A stretch of 64,000 bases of DNA from assembly GCA_049510745.1 (NCBI GenBank), contig JBEKYR010000009.1, positions 32,001-96,000 of the forward strand, given 5' to 3'. The notes beneath the pieces were generated by a model. The model searched no databases. It was not told the origin of the DNA and saw only the letters and a list, made by a program, of their open reading frames with translations. Both the position numbers and the translations under genes were made by a program. Positions 45,896 to 55,389 of the stretch are shown here, in pieces. This DNA is from Verrucomicrobiota bacterium. GTDB lineage: Bacteria; Verrucomicrobiota; Verrucomicrobiia; Limisphaerales; Palsa-1400. Positions within the stretch are counted from its first letter, which is position 1. The number at the start of each line of letters is the position of its first letter.

Positions 45896-48481
45896 TCACG
45901 GGCCGGACGTTTTGTAAAACCGAAAGCGATAGCCGCCGGCATCTGCGTCCAGGTATTGAAAGGACCCGTTGGCGTCGGAGGCCGGGGTCGCAATCGGCGC
46001 CCAGTTCACCAGGTTGGTCGAGGCCAATAGTTGGTAGGTTTGATTGGGCAGGCCGCCGGTGAAACTCAACGACATTCCCGTCGGGCCGAAGGCGACCGCC
46101 CCGATGGTTTCGGGCGGCGCCGAGAACAGCTTGAAAACGGCCCCGCAATTCATGTTGCCGCCGAAATTCGCCGCCCCAAAAAACGAGCCGTCGGGCGCCA
46201 AGGCAAGGCCGCCGGCGGGATTCCGGCAGTCCTGGCTGGAGAAGACATGCAAGACTGTGAAAGCGCCGCCGTTGAGGTCCAATCTGAAAAGAATTCCATC
46301 CCCGTTCAGCCCCCCGGACGAACACGTTCCGTACAATGAACCGTTGCCGCCTTGAACCAGTTGCGCCTGCGGACTGCTGCCGTCGAAACCGTTGGTGAAA
46401 TTGTACAATACCTTGTAGCCGGCTCCGTTGGTGCCGATGCCAAACACGGTCCCGCTGTAATTTGAGCCACCGCCGGTGTCCGTGCCGTAAAGCATGCCAT
46501 CCTGGCCCTGCAACAGTCCGGCTTGGGGGTAGGCGCCGTCATTGGTGGAGCCGTCGAAGTCATACACGACTTGATAGCCGGCGCCGTTGGTCGCCAGGCT
46601 GAAAATGGTCCCGTCGCCATTGGTCCCGCCGTATTGGGTCGTGCCATAGAGGGTGCCATAGCGGTCTTGCAGCAGCGGCGCGGCGGGTTCAGCGCCGTCC
46701 GGAGAACCGGCAAAGTTGTATAACAATGTATAACCGCCGCCGCTGGTGTTAAGCTTGAACACCGTGCCGCTGTAGTTGCTCCCTCCCTGGTCGGTGGTCC
46801 CGTAGAGAGCGCCATCCGCCCCCTGGATCAAGTTGGCCAGCGGCGCGGCGCCGTCGCCGGGTCCGTTCGTGAACTCATATAAGACAGTGTAGCTGCTGCC
46901 ATCGGCGCCGAGTTTGAAAACGACGCCATTCCCGGTGGTCCCTCCAGAGGCGGTGGTGCCGTAGAGAAACCCATCGGCTCCTTTGAGCAAGGCCGCTTGG
47001 GGTTGGTAACCGTCGCCATTCCCGTTGGTGAAACTGTGCAGGAATTGATAGCCGGAACCGTCCAGGTTCATGGCAAAGGCCATTCCGGCTCCAGCCGCCC
47101 CGCCGCTCGAAGTCGTGCCATAAACAACCTTCCCATATATGCTCACCGGCCCTTCCGGATCGGTGCCATCACCGCCCGCCGGAGTGACGAAATTGTGCAG
47201 GACACTGAAGGAACTGCCATCGTCGGCCACCTGGAAAGCCGTGCCAAATCCCGCGCTCCCGCCGCTGGCGGCCACCCCGTAGAAAACATCGCCGGGACCC
47301 GGGATGATGGCCGCGTCAGGCACGCTGCCGTCGCCGCCGTCAAAATTGTGGAGCACGGTGACGCTGCCGCCCGTCGTGGGAAGCTTGAAGAGCGTGCCGA
47401 AACCGCCGGACCCGCCCCCGGAAGCAGCCCCATAGAGATAGCCGTCGGGGCCGAAATGAAGGCCGCCCACCGGCGCGTCACCCGTGCTGGCGGAGGTCGG
47501 GAACGCATAAAGGACCTGGTAACCGCCTCCATTGGTGTTGATCTTATAGATCGTGCCGTTGCCGATGTAGCTGAAAATGCCGGAGCTGGGGTTGCCGCCG
47601 TGCTTGCACGTGCCGTAAAGGTATCCGTCGCTGCCTTGGACCAGGCGCCCTTGCGCCCATCCTCCATCTCCATAATTGCCCAAAAAGCCGTACAAGTTCT
47701 CAAAAAACGAGCCGTCCCGAGCCAGCTTGAAAATACTTCCGTTGCTATAGTAGCCGCCTTCCGTAATCGTCGTTCCATACAGGTAACCGTCAGCCCCTTC
47801 CACCATCCCGCACTCCGGTTCCGCGCCGCTTGCCACCCCGAAATTGTACAAAACGTCGAATCCGCTCCCGTCCTTGTTCACTTTGAAAACCGTCCCGCCC
47901 CAGACATTTGTTTTCCCGCCATAAGAGGTCGTGCCGTAAAGAACTCCGTCCTCCCGGCCTTCCAGCAATCCGCCTTCCGGTCCCGTGCCGTCGTCGAAGG
48001 CGAAGCTATGCACCAGGTGAAAACCCGTCCCGTCGGCGCTCATCCCATATATGACGCCGGAGCCGTTCGTGCCGCCGCTTCCGGTCGTCCCGTAAAGCAG
48101 GCCGTCGCTGGCTTGCAGCAACTCCGCCGCCGGACCGCTGCCGTCGTTTGTTCCGCCGGCAAACGAGTGCAGGACCTGGTAGCCGGTGCCATTCGTATTG
48201 ATTCTAAAAACCACCCCTTGCGCGTTGCTTCCGCCGGACGCCGTCACGCCGTAGAGCGCGCCGTCGCTGCCCAGAATCATCTGCGCCTGCGGACTCGCCC
48301 CGGTGGACAGCGCGGGAAATCCAAACGATTTGACGATTTGAAAGTTGGTCTGCGCCTGCCCGGCCCCCCAAAAGCCAGTCCAGCAGATGATCCAGGCCAC
48401 TCTCCGCAGGAACGGGAAGCGGCTGTAAAAGTTCCCTGCGGTTTGTGCGGTTTGTGCGGTTTGTTTCCTTAAAGCACTCAT
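45896..48481 (-). CDS. Secreted GloVer-type tandem-repeat protein
   Basis: About 14 repeats of DG..P.A.L.QG.DG.LYGTT..GG..G.G.VF; C-terminal ASTNLVNW...RFY tail; start uncertain. Confidence 0.85.
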   Translation of the reverse strand: MSALRKQTAQTAQTAGNFYSRFPFLRRVAWIICWTGFWGAGQAQTNFQIVKSFGFPALSTGASPQAQMILGSDGALYGVTASGGSNAQGVVFRINTNGTGYQVLHSFAGGTNDGSGPAAELLQASDGLLYGTTGSGGTNGSGVIYGMSADGTGFHLVHSFAFDDGTGPEGGLLEGREDGVLYGTTSYGGKTNVWGGTVFKVNKDGSGFDVLYNFGVASGAEPECGMVEGADGYLYGTTITEGGYYSNGSIFKLARDGSFFENLYGFLGNYGDGGWAQGRLVQGSDGYLYGTCKHGGNPSSGIFSYIGNGTIYKINTNGGGYQVLYAFPTSASTGDAPVGGLHFGPDGYLYGAASGGGSGGFGTLFKLPTTGGSVTVLHNFDGGDGSVPDAAIIPGPGDVFYGVAASGGSAGFGTAFQVADDGSSFSVLHNFVTPAGGDGTDPEGPVSIYGKVVYGTTSSGGAAGAGMAFAMNLDGSGYQFLHSFTNGNGDGYQPQAALLKGADGFLYGTTASGGTTGNGVVFKLGADGSSYTVLYEFTNGPGDGAAPLANLIQGADGALYGTTDQGGSNYSGTVFKLNTSGGGYTLLYNFAGSPDGAEPAAPLLQDRYGTLYGTTQYGGTNGDGTIFSLATNGAGYQVVYDFDGSTNDGAYPQAGLLQGQDGMLYGTDTGGGSNYSGTVFGIGTNGAGYKVLYNFTNGFDGSSPQAQLVQGGNGSLYGTCSSGGLNGDGILFRLDLNGGAFTVLHVFSSQDCRNPAGGLALAPDGSFFGAANFGGNMNCGAVFKLFSAPPETIGAVAFGPTGMSLSFTGGLPNQTYQLLASTNLVNWAPIATPASDANGSFQYLDADAGGYRFRFYKTSGP

Positions 48482-48692
48482 ACAGTAACAGAGTTCACTG
48501 ACGGTCGAAATGATGGGACGAACATGGGCGCCGGTCAAGCCAAATTAACGGGAAAACCTCAACAACGGATCAAGTGGTCGTTTGGCCTCGTTTCCGGGGG
48601 GTTTTGCAATTACCTCACGTGGGACAAAGTTTCGTCAGCTGCTTTATGTGGGAATAACACCTCTGAAGCGGCAGCCGCTTTTGAGCGAACCC

Positions 48693-49853
48693 TTAGTGCG
48701 GCCCATACTTGCCGAGCAGCCACCGATCGGCAGCCGCTTCGCCGAAGCTCTTGCAACGGTCGCTGTAACTGATCCAATCCTGATCCGTCATCGTTTGCTG
48801 CAAGAGGTCAACCTGGGGAACGCCTTCTTTGAGGGCCGCTTTTTGTTGAGCCAGTTGGTTGATTTGATCCTGGACGGTTTGTCCGCTGCCATAAGGGCTG
48901 TTTGGATTCATGGCGCCGAGAGCATCGAGTTCGACGTTTAGGCCCGCGAGCTGGGTGATCAAAGGCTCGTCGGCGGTTGATCCTGTCGCGTAATTCTGCC
49001 CCAAGTTCGCGGCGATCTGCAAGGCCGCCTGCGCCGAGGCTTCGTCGCCCGCCTGGCGATAGGAATTGGCCAGGTCAATCATGTCATGGCCCAATTCTCT
49101 CAGGCTCCCGGGCGCCGGCTGTAGCGTGGTGTTGTACATGGCCAGCGCTTCGGCCTCGGCCACCGGGCAGGCCGCCGAGAGGACTTCTTCCAATGCCTGG
49201 ATGCGATCCGTCCTGTAATCCTGGAACTGCGGTTTGTCGGACGCGGCGACGATCTCCCGCACGGCTTGATCGGTCTGCCCTGCTTTGAAGTAATCCAGCG
49301 CCGAGAGGTAATTCGCCAGCGCGTTTTCCGGGGCTGACTCTTTGAAGGCGTCCAGCCACTGGCGCCGCTCCTCGGGTGAAGCGTCCTTTTTGGAAGCGGC
49401 GTCGAGATCCACTTGCGGGTCGTGAGGATACTTCTGCATCGCTTCCTCCCGCAGCGCCGGATCCCCGGTGGCGCTGCATGCGGCCAGGAGGCTGGTGGCG
49501 CTTCGCCGATTCGCTTTGAGGTAGGATTCGACCTGCTCGGGAGTCAACTTCAAATCTTTGCCTTTGAGCCGGGCATACAGATTGGTGGATGGCAGACCTT
49601 CCGTGGACGATGCATTCGGTTGATCGGTGAGGCGCATTGGCGGCGCGGGCAGACGCGGAGCGCGCGTGCTCTTCGCCCGGGCCGCACGATTTGAAAGACT
49701 CTCGTTGTCGGCTTGGAGTTGCGCGATTTGCCGCCGGAGAGACTGGTTTTCCTCGCGCAGCTTGGTTTGTGTTTGATGTTCAATCACCAGAGTTGCCGCC
49801 GCGCCGGCAACGACCAGGGTGGCGAGGCCGAGTTTGAGGTGGGTTCCGGCCAT
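48693..49853 (-). CDS. TM + coiled-coil + helical-domain protein resembling the C-terminal extension of verrucomicrobial ECF sigma fusions, without a sigma domain
   Basis: LKLGLATLVVAGAAATLVIEHQTQTKLREENQSLRRQIAQLQ; starts 5 nt after the aminotransferase stop. Confidence 0.55.
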   Translation of the reverse strand: MAGTHLKLGLATLVVAGAAATLVIEHQTQTKLREENQSLRRQIAQLQADNESLSNRAARAKSTRAPRLPAPPMRLTDQPNASSTEGLPSTNLYARLKGKDLKLTPEQVESYLKANRRSATSLLAACSATGDPALREEAMQKYPHDPQVDLDAASKKDASPEERRQWLDAFKESAPENALANYLSALDYFKAGQTDQAVREIVAASDKPQFQDYRTDRIQALEEVLSAACPVAEAEALAMYNTTLQPAPGSLRELGHDMIDLANSYRQAGDEASAQAALQIAANLGQNYATGSTADEPLITQLAGLNVELDALGAMNPNSPYGSGQTVQDQINQLAQQKAALKEGVPQVDLLQQTMTDQDWISYSDRCKSFGEAAADRWLLGKYGPH

Positions 49854-49858
49854 CCCTT

Positions 49859-50947
49859 TTACAACTGCTTCATCGCCGCATCCAGCGCGGCGTAAAGCTG
49901 GTTCATCGTCGCCTCGGTTTCGTCGCCCATGTTGGAGATGCGGAAGGTCGTGCCCTTGATCTTGCCATAACCGCCGTCAATCAAAAATCCCTGCTCCTTG
50001 ACCAGCTTCTGCAACTTCGGCACGTCGGCCACGCGGCCGCCCGGCTTGGCGCCATTGTTGATGCAGGTCAGCGTGACGGATTCGAAGCCGCTCTCGGGGA
50101 AGAGCGTGAACCCGTGTCTGGCCGCCCAGCCGCGGGTCATCTCCGCCAGCTTCTTGTGCCGGGCAAAGCGGGCCTCCAGGCCCTCGGCAAAGATGTCCTC
50201 CAGCTTCGAGGCCAGGGCATAGACGTGGCCGATGCTCGGCGTGCTCGGCGTCATGCTCTGCTCGGCGTTCTTCTGGAATTCAACCAGGTCAAAATAATAA
50301 CCGCGGTCCGAGGTCGCGCCCGCTTTGGCCAGCGCCGCCGGCGAACAGACAAAGACCGCCAGGCCCGGCGGCAGCGCGAAGGCCTTCTGCGTCCCGGCCA
50401 GCAACACGTCCACCCCCAACGCGTCGAATTCCAGCTTCACCGCCGACATCGAGCTGACCGCATCGACAATGAACATCACGTCGGGAAATTTCTTCTTGAG
50501 CGCGGCAATTTCGTAAATGGGGCTCATCACGCCCGTCGAGGTCTCATTATGGATGACAGTCAGGGCGTCGAATTGGCCGCTGGCCAGCCTGGCCTCGACC
50601 TGTTCGGGCCGGATGGGCGACCCCCACGGCACCTGCAAGGCTTCCGCCTCCTTGCCGCAGCGTTTGGAGACGTCGAACCATTTGTCCGAGAAGGCGCCGC
50701 ACATGCAATTGAGCACCCGTTTGCGGACCAGATTGCGCACCGCCCCCTCCATCACGCCCCAGGCGGAGGAGGTGCTCAGATAGACCAACTGTTTGGTGTA
50801 AAGCAATTGCTGCAACTGCGGTTGGATTTTGGCGTAGAGGTCCTTGAACCCCTGGCCGCGATGGCCGATCATCGGCGAGCCAAACGCCTGGAACGTTTTG
50901 GCGCTGACTTCCACCGGCCCCGGAATGTGCAATTTGACATGCTTCAT
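49859..50947 (-). CDS. Class V PLP aminotransferase (alanine-glyoxylate/serine-pyruvate family)
   Basis: IPGPV, MIGHRG, HNETSTG, IVDAVSS, GTQKAFALPPGL, FRISNMG. Confidence 0.92.
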   Translation of the reverse strand: MKHVKLHIPGPVEVSAKTFQAFGSPMIGHRGQGFKDLYAKIQPQLQQLLYTKQLVYLSTSSAWGVMEGAVRNLVRKRVLNCMCGAFSDKWFDVSKRCGKEAEALQVPWGSPIRPEQVEARLASGQFDALTVIHNETSTGVMSPIYEIAALKKKFPDVMFIVDAVSSMSAVKLEFDALGVDVLLAGTQKAFALPPGLAVFVCSPAALAKAGATSDRGYYFDLVEFQKNAEQSMTPSTPSIGHVYALASKLEDIFAEGLEARFARHKKLAEMTRGWAARHGFTLFPESGFESVTLTCINNGAKPGGRVADVPKLQKLVKEQGFLIDGGYGKIKGTTFRISNMGDETEATMNQLYAALDAAMKQL

Positions 50948-51067
50948 AAAAAAGTGTGCGGACGTCGCTCAACCTGCTTTATGAAACTTTTCACAAGCGG
51001 GGCTGGCTGGCAAGAGAAGTTTTCCGCAATCAGGCTCTGTCACAGATATCCGAATATCCTCGAGTCA

Positions 51068-51394
51068 TCAGGCGCGACGCGCCAAAAGCCGGCTGCGGAC
51101 GCCGTCAGGATCGAACCGGCGCTCGTTTTCGGCGGCGGTGGCTTTCCGTTGCTCTGCGCGCTGGTTGAGGTAAGCGGTCACTTCCACCTGATGATGGAGC
51201 AAATATCCAATCACCGAATAGACATCCGCCAGCACCAGACTGGGATATTGCTGGACGATTTCCTCGGCTGTCGCGCCCTCACGAAACGCCTCCGCCACCG
51301 TGTCCAAAGTCACGCGGGTGCCTCCCACGCGAATCACGCCGTCGCTTTCAACCGAAAGCGGAACGCGCTCTGCCTGTTCCAAAGTCAAGCTCAC
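51068..51394 (-). CDS. DUF433 antitoxin-like protein
   Basis: IRVGGTRVTLDTV...GATAEEIVQQYPSL.LADVYSVIGY. Confidence 0.88.
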   Translation of the reverse strand: MSLTLEQAERVPLSVESDGVIRVGGTRVTLDTVAEAFREGATAEEIVQQYPSLVLADVYSVIGYLLHHQVEVTAYLNQRAEQRKATAAENERRFDPDGVRSRLLARRA

Positions 51395-51492
51395 GATGCC
51401 ATCAATCTACCCCGCAAGGCGCCAAATGCCAAGGCCGAAGGTGGAGAAGGAAGAAGCTTGCCAGATGGAACGCTCAATGTTATTTTTTATGC

Positions 51493-51714
51493 ATGACCAC
51501 CATGGTCGAAGCCATTTACGAAAATGGAGTGTTGAAGCTCCTCCGCCCGTTGCCTTTGAAGGAAAAGACTCAGGTCGTCATCATGATTCAGTCCAAAGGC
51601 GAACTTGGCGAGGCGAACGAACGAGAGGCGTGGCTGCGGTTATCCGAGGAGACTTTGACGAAAGCTTGGAGCAACCCGGCAGACGATGTCTTTAATGAGC
51701 TTCTCCATAGCTGA
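51493..51714 (+). CDS. Antitoxin AF2212/DUF104 family
   Basis: VEAIYENGVLKLLRPLPLKE; tail AWSNPADDVF overlapping the toxin start. Confidence 0.85.
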   Translation: MTTMVEAIYENGVLKLLRPLPLKEKTQVVIMIQSKGELGEANEREAWLRLSEETLTKAWSNPADDVFNELLHS

Positions 51715-52012
51715 GGTCATTCTTCTGCCGATTCCGTTCACTGATTTGACCAGCCGCAAGGTGCGGCCGGCCGTCGTCGTCGGCCACAGCAGTTTTGCGG
51801 GCGACCTTTTCGTGGTTCCGATTTCCTCGCAGTTACAGAATGTGGATTTGGCTCTGTTGGATTGGCGCGCAGCCGGACTGAATGTTCCTTGCGGACTTAA
51901 GCCTCAACTCGCAACCATCGAAACCAGGTTGGTGGTTAAAGCCATTGGGGTTCTCTCTCCCCGCGACCAGGTCGCATGCAAGAATCGGCTCCGGGCTTGG
52001 CTTGAATTGTAA
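51695..52012 (+). CDS. PemK/MazF-family toxin
   Basis: LPIPFTDLTSRKVRPAVVV, PISSQ, DWRAAGL. Confidence 0.85.
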   Translation: MSFSIAEVILLPIPFTDLTSRKVRPAVVVGHSSFAGDLFVVPISSQLQNVDLALLDWRAAGLNVPCGLKPQLATIETRLVVKAIGVLSPRDQVACKNRLRAWLEL

Positions 52013-52069
52013 TCCGTTACATTCATGAATGCGTGTCCTCGGAATGAAATGTTCGCCCGCCTTCCCCGG

Positions 52070-53140
52070 ATGATGCCGGCCGCAAGCAAGCCATTTTTAT
52101 TGCCGGTTGCTCTGGGATTGTTAAGTCTGGCAACGGTCAGGCTGTCCGCCGCCCAACCGGGTTTGCTGAGGGCCGAGTTTGTTTTCGACTCCGCGCCCTT
52201 TCCACAATGTCACGCCTCCACCATCGTCGAAACCAAAGGCGGTTTGGCCGCCGCGTGGTTTGGCGGCAGCCACGAAAAAAGCCCGGACGTGGGTATCTGG
52301 CTCTCCAGGCACATCGACGGCAAATGGACCGCGCCGGTGGAAGTCGCCAACGGAGCGCAAACTCCTGCCAAACGTTATCCTTGTTGGAATCCGGTTCTTT
52401 TTCAGCCTCGCACCGGCCCGTTGCTGCTCTTTTACAAGGTTGGGCCCGACCCCAAAGGCTGGTGGGGCATGCTCATGACCAGCTCCGATTACGGCAAAAG
52501 TTGGTCCATTCCAAGCCGCCTGCCGGAGAACATCATTGGGCCTGTGAAGAATAAGCCCGTGCAACTGGCCAACGGCGATATTCTCTGCGGCTCGAGCACC
52601 GAGGAAGCGGGTTGGCAGGTTCGTTTCGAGCGGACGAGCGACCTTGGCAAAACCTGGGAGAGAACCGGGCCAATCAACCAGCCCAATGAAATCGGGGCCA
52701 TCCAACCCAGCCTTCTCTTTCACCCAGCCAATCGCTTGCAGGCCCTTGGACGCACCCGGCAGGGAAAAATCTTCGAAACCTGGTCGGAAGACAATGGCAA
52801 GACCTGGGGCAAACTGACTTTAACCGCGCTCCCCAATCCCGACTCCGGCATCGACGCCGTCACGCTTCGGGATGGCCGTCAACTCCTGGTCTATAATCAC
52901 ACCGCCAATGGCCGCAGTCCGCTCAACATCGCTCTCTCGGCCGACGGCAAGCATTGGCAGGCCGCGTTGACCTTGGAGGACGAGCCGGGCAAGGAATTCT
53001 CCTACCCGGCGGTCATTCAAACGAGGGACGGCCTGGTGCATATTGTTTATACCTGGAATCGGAAGCGCATCAAACACGTCGTCGTCGAACCGGGCAAGCT
53101 GGCGTTGAGGCCGATGGAAAATGGAAATTGGCCCCGGTGA
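52070..53140 (+). CDS. Secreted sialidase-family (BNR/Asp-box) protein
   Basis: CHAST, WNPVLF, SSDYGKSW, TSDLGKTW, SEDNGKTW, GPVKNK, SYP. Confidence 0.88.
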   Translation: MMPAASKPFLLPVALGLLSLATVRLSAAQPGLLRAEFVFDSAPFPQCHASTIVETKGGLAAAWFGGSHEKSPDVGIWLSRHIDGKWTAPVEVANGAQTPAKRYPCWNPVLFQPRTGPLLLFYKVGPDPKGWWGMLMTSSDYGKSWSIPSRLPENIIGPVKNKPVQLANGDILCGSSTEEAGWQVRFERTSDLGKTWERTGPINQPNEIGAIQPSLLFHPANRLQALGRTRQGKIFETWSEDNGKTWGKLTLTALPNPDSGIDAVTLRDGRQLLVYNHTANGRSPLNIALSADGKHWQAALTLEDEPGKEFSYPAVIQTRDGLVHIVYTWNRKRIKHVVVEPGKLALRPMENGNWPR

Positions 53141-53202
53141 GCACAACCAGGTTCTGTGGTTTAACGGCTTGACCGTTATGTGAAACATGTTATCCTGAAG
53201 GC

Positions 53203-53475
53203 ATGAAAACGATCAGCATTCGGGATTTGCGCCAGAAATGGCCGGAGGCCGAATCGCGGCTGCAAGTGGAAAAGGAAATCATCATCACCCGCGACACCAA
53301 ACCGGTGGCCAAGCTGGTGCGTTACGTGGAACCGGAGAAAGCGCGCCGGCGCTTCGATCCGGCGGCCCATGCCAAATGGCAGAAGAAATGGAACGGCGGA
53401 AGAATTGTCCGGTTAGTGGACAAATACTTGCCGGCCGCCCGCGAAGACCGCCCGCTCATCCGTAAAGGCCGATGA
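53203..53475 (+). CDS. Phd/YefM-family antitoxin
   Basis: MKTISIRDLR...EIIITR..KPVAKLV; ATGA overlap with the toxin. Confidence 0.85.
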   Translation: MKTISIRDLRQKWPEAESRLQVEKEIIITRDTKPVAKLVRYVEPEKARRRFDPAAHAKWQKKWNGGRIVRLVDKYLPAAREDRPLIRKGR

Positions 53476-53900
53476 TTTATCTCGATAGCAGTTCCCTGTT
53501 GAAGTTGTTCCATGACGAGCCTGAAAGCGCCGGCGTCCGCCACGCCGTGGCGGCGGAATCCGAGGTGATTGTGTCGGCGCTGGCCCGACTGGAATCACGC
53601 ATCCAGCTCAAGTCCGCCTGGCTGGGAGGCGACTACGGGAAAGCCCGTTACCTGGCCTTTGTGAAGAGACTCGATGAGCTTGCGGAAACCGCCCCGTTCC
53701 GTTTTGTGGATTTGGCGGGAAGCGTTTTTTCGACGGCCCTCCGTCAGGATTGGGGAGCCGGATCGCTTCATGTGCGGCTGCTGGACCGCCTGCATCTGGC
53801 GGCCATGGAGGAACTGGGGGCGCGCCGGTTGATGACCAACGACGCGCATCAGGCGGCGGCGGCAAAAGCCCTGGGATGGGAAGTGCTTGTGCCTGGGTGA
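53472..53900 (+). CDS. VapC PIN-domain toxin
   Basis: MIYLDSSSLLK, LDRLHLA, TND..QAAAA. Confidence 0.88.
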   Translation: MIYLDSSSLLKLFHDEPESAGVRHAVAAESEVIVSALARLESRIQLKSAWLGGDYGKARYLAFVKRLDELAETAPFRFVDLAGSVFSTALRQDWGAGSLHVRLLDRLHLAAMEELGARRLMTNDAHQAAAAKALGWEVLVPG

Positions 53901-54000
53901 TTAGCGGAATCACAAACACCGCCGCAGCGCGATCAAGGTTGAATTTGAGCTGTTTCATGGTTGCGACCGGGCCGGAGGTCGTTTAAGCTCAATTTTGCTT

Positions 54001-55371
54001 ATGACGCTCACTGAGAAGATTTTAGCTCGCGCCGCGGGCAAGAGCCGGGTCGCGGCGGGCGATAATGTCTGGGTCAAGGCCGACCTCCTGATGACCCATG
54101 ATGTCTGCGGGCCGGGCACCATCGGCGTCTTTAAACGCGAGTTCGGCCCCGCCGCCAAAGTCTGGGACCGCACCCGCGTGGTCATCATCCCGGACCATTA
54201 CATTTTTACGGCCGACTCCAAGTCCAATCGCAACGTCGATCTCCTGCGCGACTTCGTGCGGGAGCAGAATATCACTTATTTCTACGACGTGATTGACGAT
54301 CCCAATGGCACATGGAAGTTCGATCCCGGCAAAGGGCCGTTGCAGCGCCAATACGGCTCGCACTACGCCGGCGTCTGCCACACCGCCCTGCCGCAGAAGG
54401 GCCACACCCGGCCCGGCGAAATCCTTTTCGGGACCGATTCCCATACCTGCATGGCAGGCGCCTTCAACGAGTTCGCCACCGGCATCGGCAACACCGACGC
54501 CGGCTTCGTCATGGGCACCGGCAAATTGCTCCTGAAAGTTCCCGAATCCATGCATTTCCGCCTCGAAGGCAAATTGCAGCGGGGCGTCATGGCGAAGGAC
54601 ATCATTTTGCATTGCATCGGCGAAATTGGCTTCGACGGCGCCACTTATCGCGCCATGCAGTTTGACGGCGAAGGCGTCAAGCATTTGTCCATGGACGACC
54701 GGATGACCATCGCCAACATGGCGATCGAGGCCGGCGGCAAAAACGGGATTTTTGAATTTGACGAACAGACCAGGACGGCGGTGGACTATCGCTGCAAGCT
54801 CAACGGCACCCGGGCCGCTTACGAACCGGTCGAGCGGGACGCCGGCGAGAAATTCGTCTATGAACTGGTGGTCGATCTCTCCAAACTGGAGCCGACCGTC
54901 GCCTGCCATCCCGATCCGGGCCGGCGCAAATTGGCCAGGGAAATGACTTCCCTCAAGCTGGACCGCGCCTATGTCGGCTCCTGCACCGGCGGCAAGACGA
55001 GTGACTTCCTGGAAGCCGCCCGCGTCTTGCGCGGACGCAAAGTGGTCATCGACACCTTTGGTGTCCCGGCCACGCCGGAAATCGTGCATGACTTGCAGAC
55101 CGCCCGCTGGGGCGACAAGTCGGTCTGGCAAATCCTGGTGGACGCAGGGGTGCAAATGACGGAAAACGCCGGTTGCGCCGCCTGCCTGGGTGGGCCGGTC
55201 GATACCTTCGGGCGAATGAACGCCCCGCTCAAGTGCATCAGCGCCACCAACCGCAATTTCCCCGGCCGCATGGGCCACCGGGAGTCACAGGTGTTTCTGG
55301 CCTCGCCCGCCACGGTGGCGGCCAGCGCGTTGACCGGACACATCACCGACCCTCGCGAGTATTTGAGCTGA
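54001..55371 (+). CDS. leuC: 3-isopropylmalate dehydratase large subunit (LeuC/homoaconitase type)
   Basis: MTLTEKIL, PDH, GTDSHTC, GSCTGG, CAACLG, TNRNFPGRMG, LASP. Confidence 0.88.
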   Translation: MTLTEKILARAAGKSRVAAGDNVWVKADLLMTHDVCGPGTIGVFKREFGPAAKVWDRTRVVIIPDHYIFTADSKSNRNVDLLRDFVREQNITYFYDVIDDPNGTWKFDPGKGPLQRQYGSHYAGVCHTALPQKGHTRPGEILFGTDSHTCMAGAFNEFATGIGNTDAGFVMGTGKLLLKVPESMHFRLEGKLQRGVMAKDIILHCIGEIGFDGATYRAMQFDGEGVKHLSMDDRMTIANMAIEAGGKNGIFEFDEQTRTAVDYRCKLNGTRAAYEPVERDAGEKFVYELVVDLSKLEPTVACHPDPGRRKLAREMTSLKLDRAYVGSCTGGKTSDFLEAARVLRGRKVVIDTFGVPATPEIVHDLQTARWGDKSVWQILVDAGVQMTENAGCAACLGGPVDTFGRMNAPLKCISATNRNFPGRMGHRESQVFLASPATVAASALTGHITDPREYLS

Positions 55372-55389
55372 TTTTTCGGGATTGTCATT

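Noticed and set aside
53175..53187. GTTATGTGAAACA shared with the amrBA upstream region (minus strand, ~1691-1703) as a common operator
   Set aside because: Only two copies, in different positions relative to the promoter and before unrelated genes; may be chance
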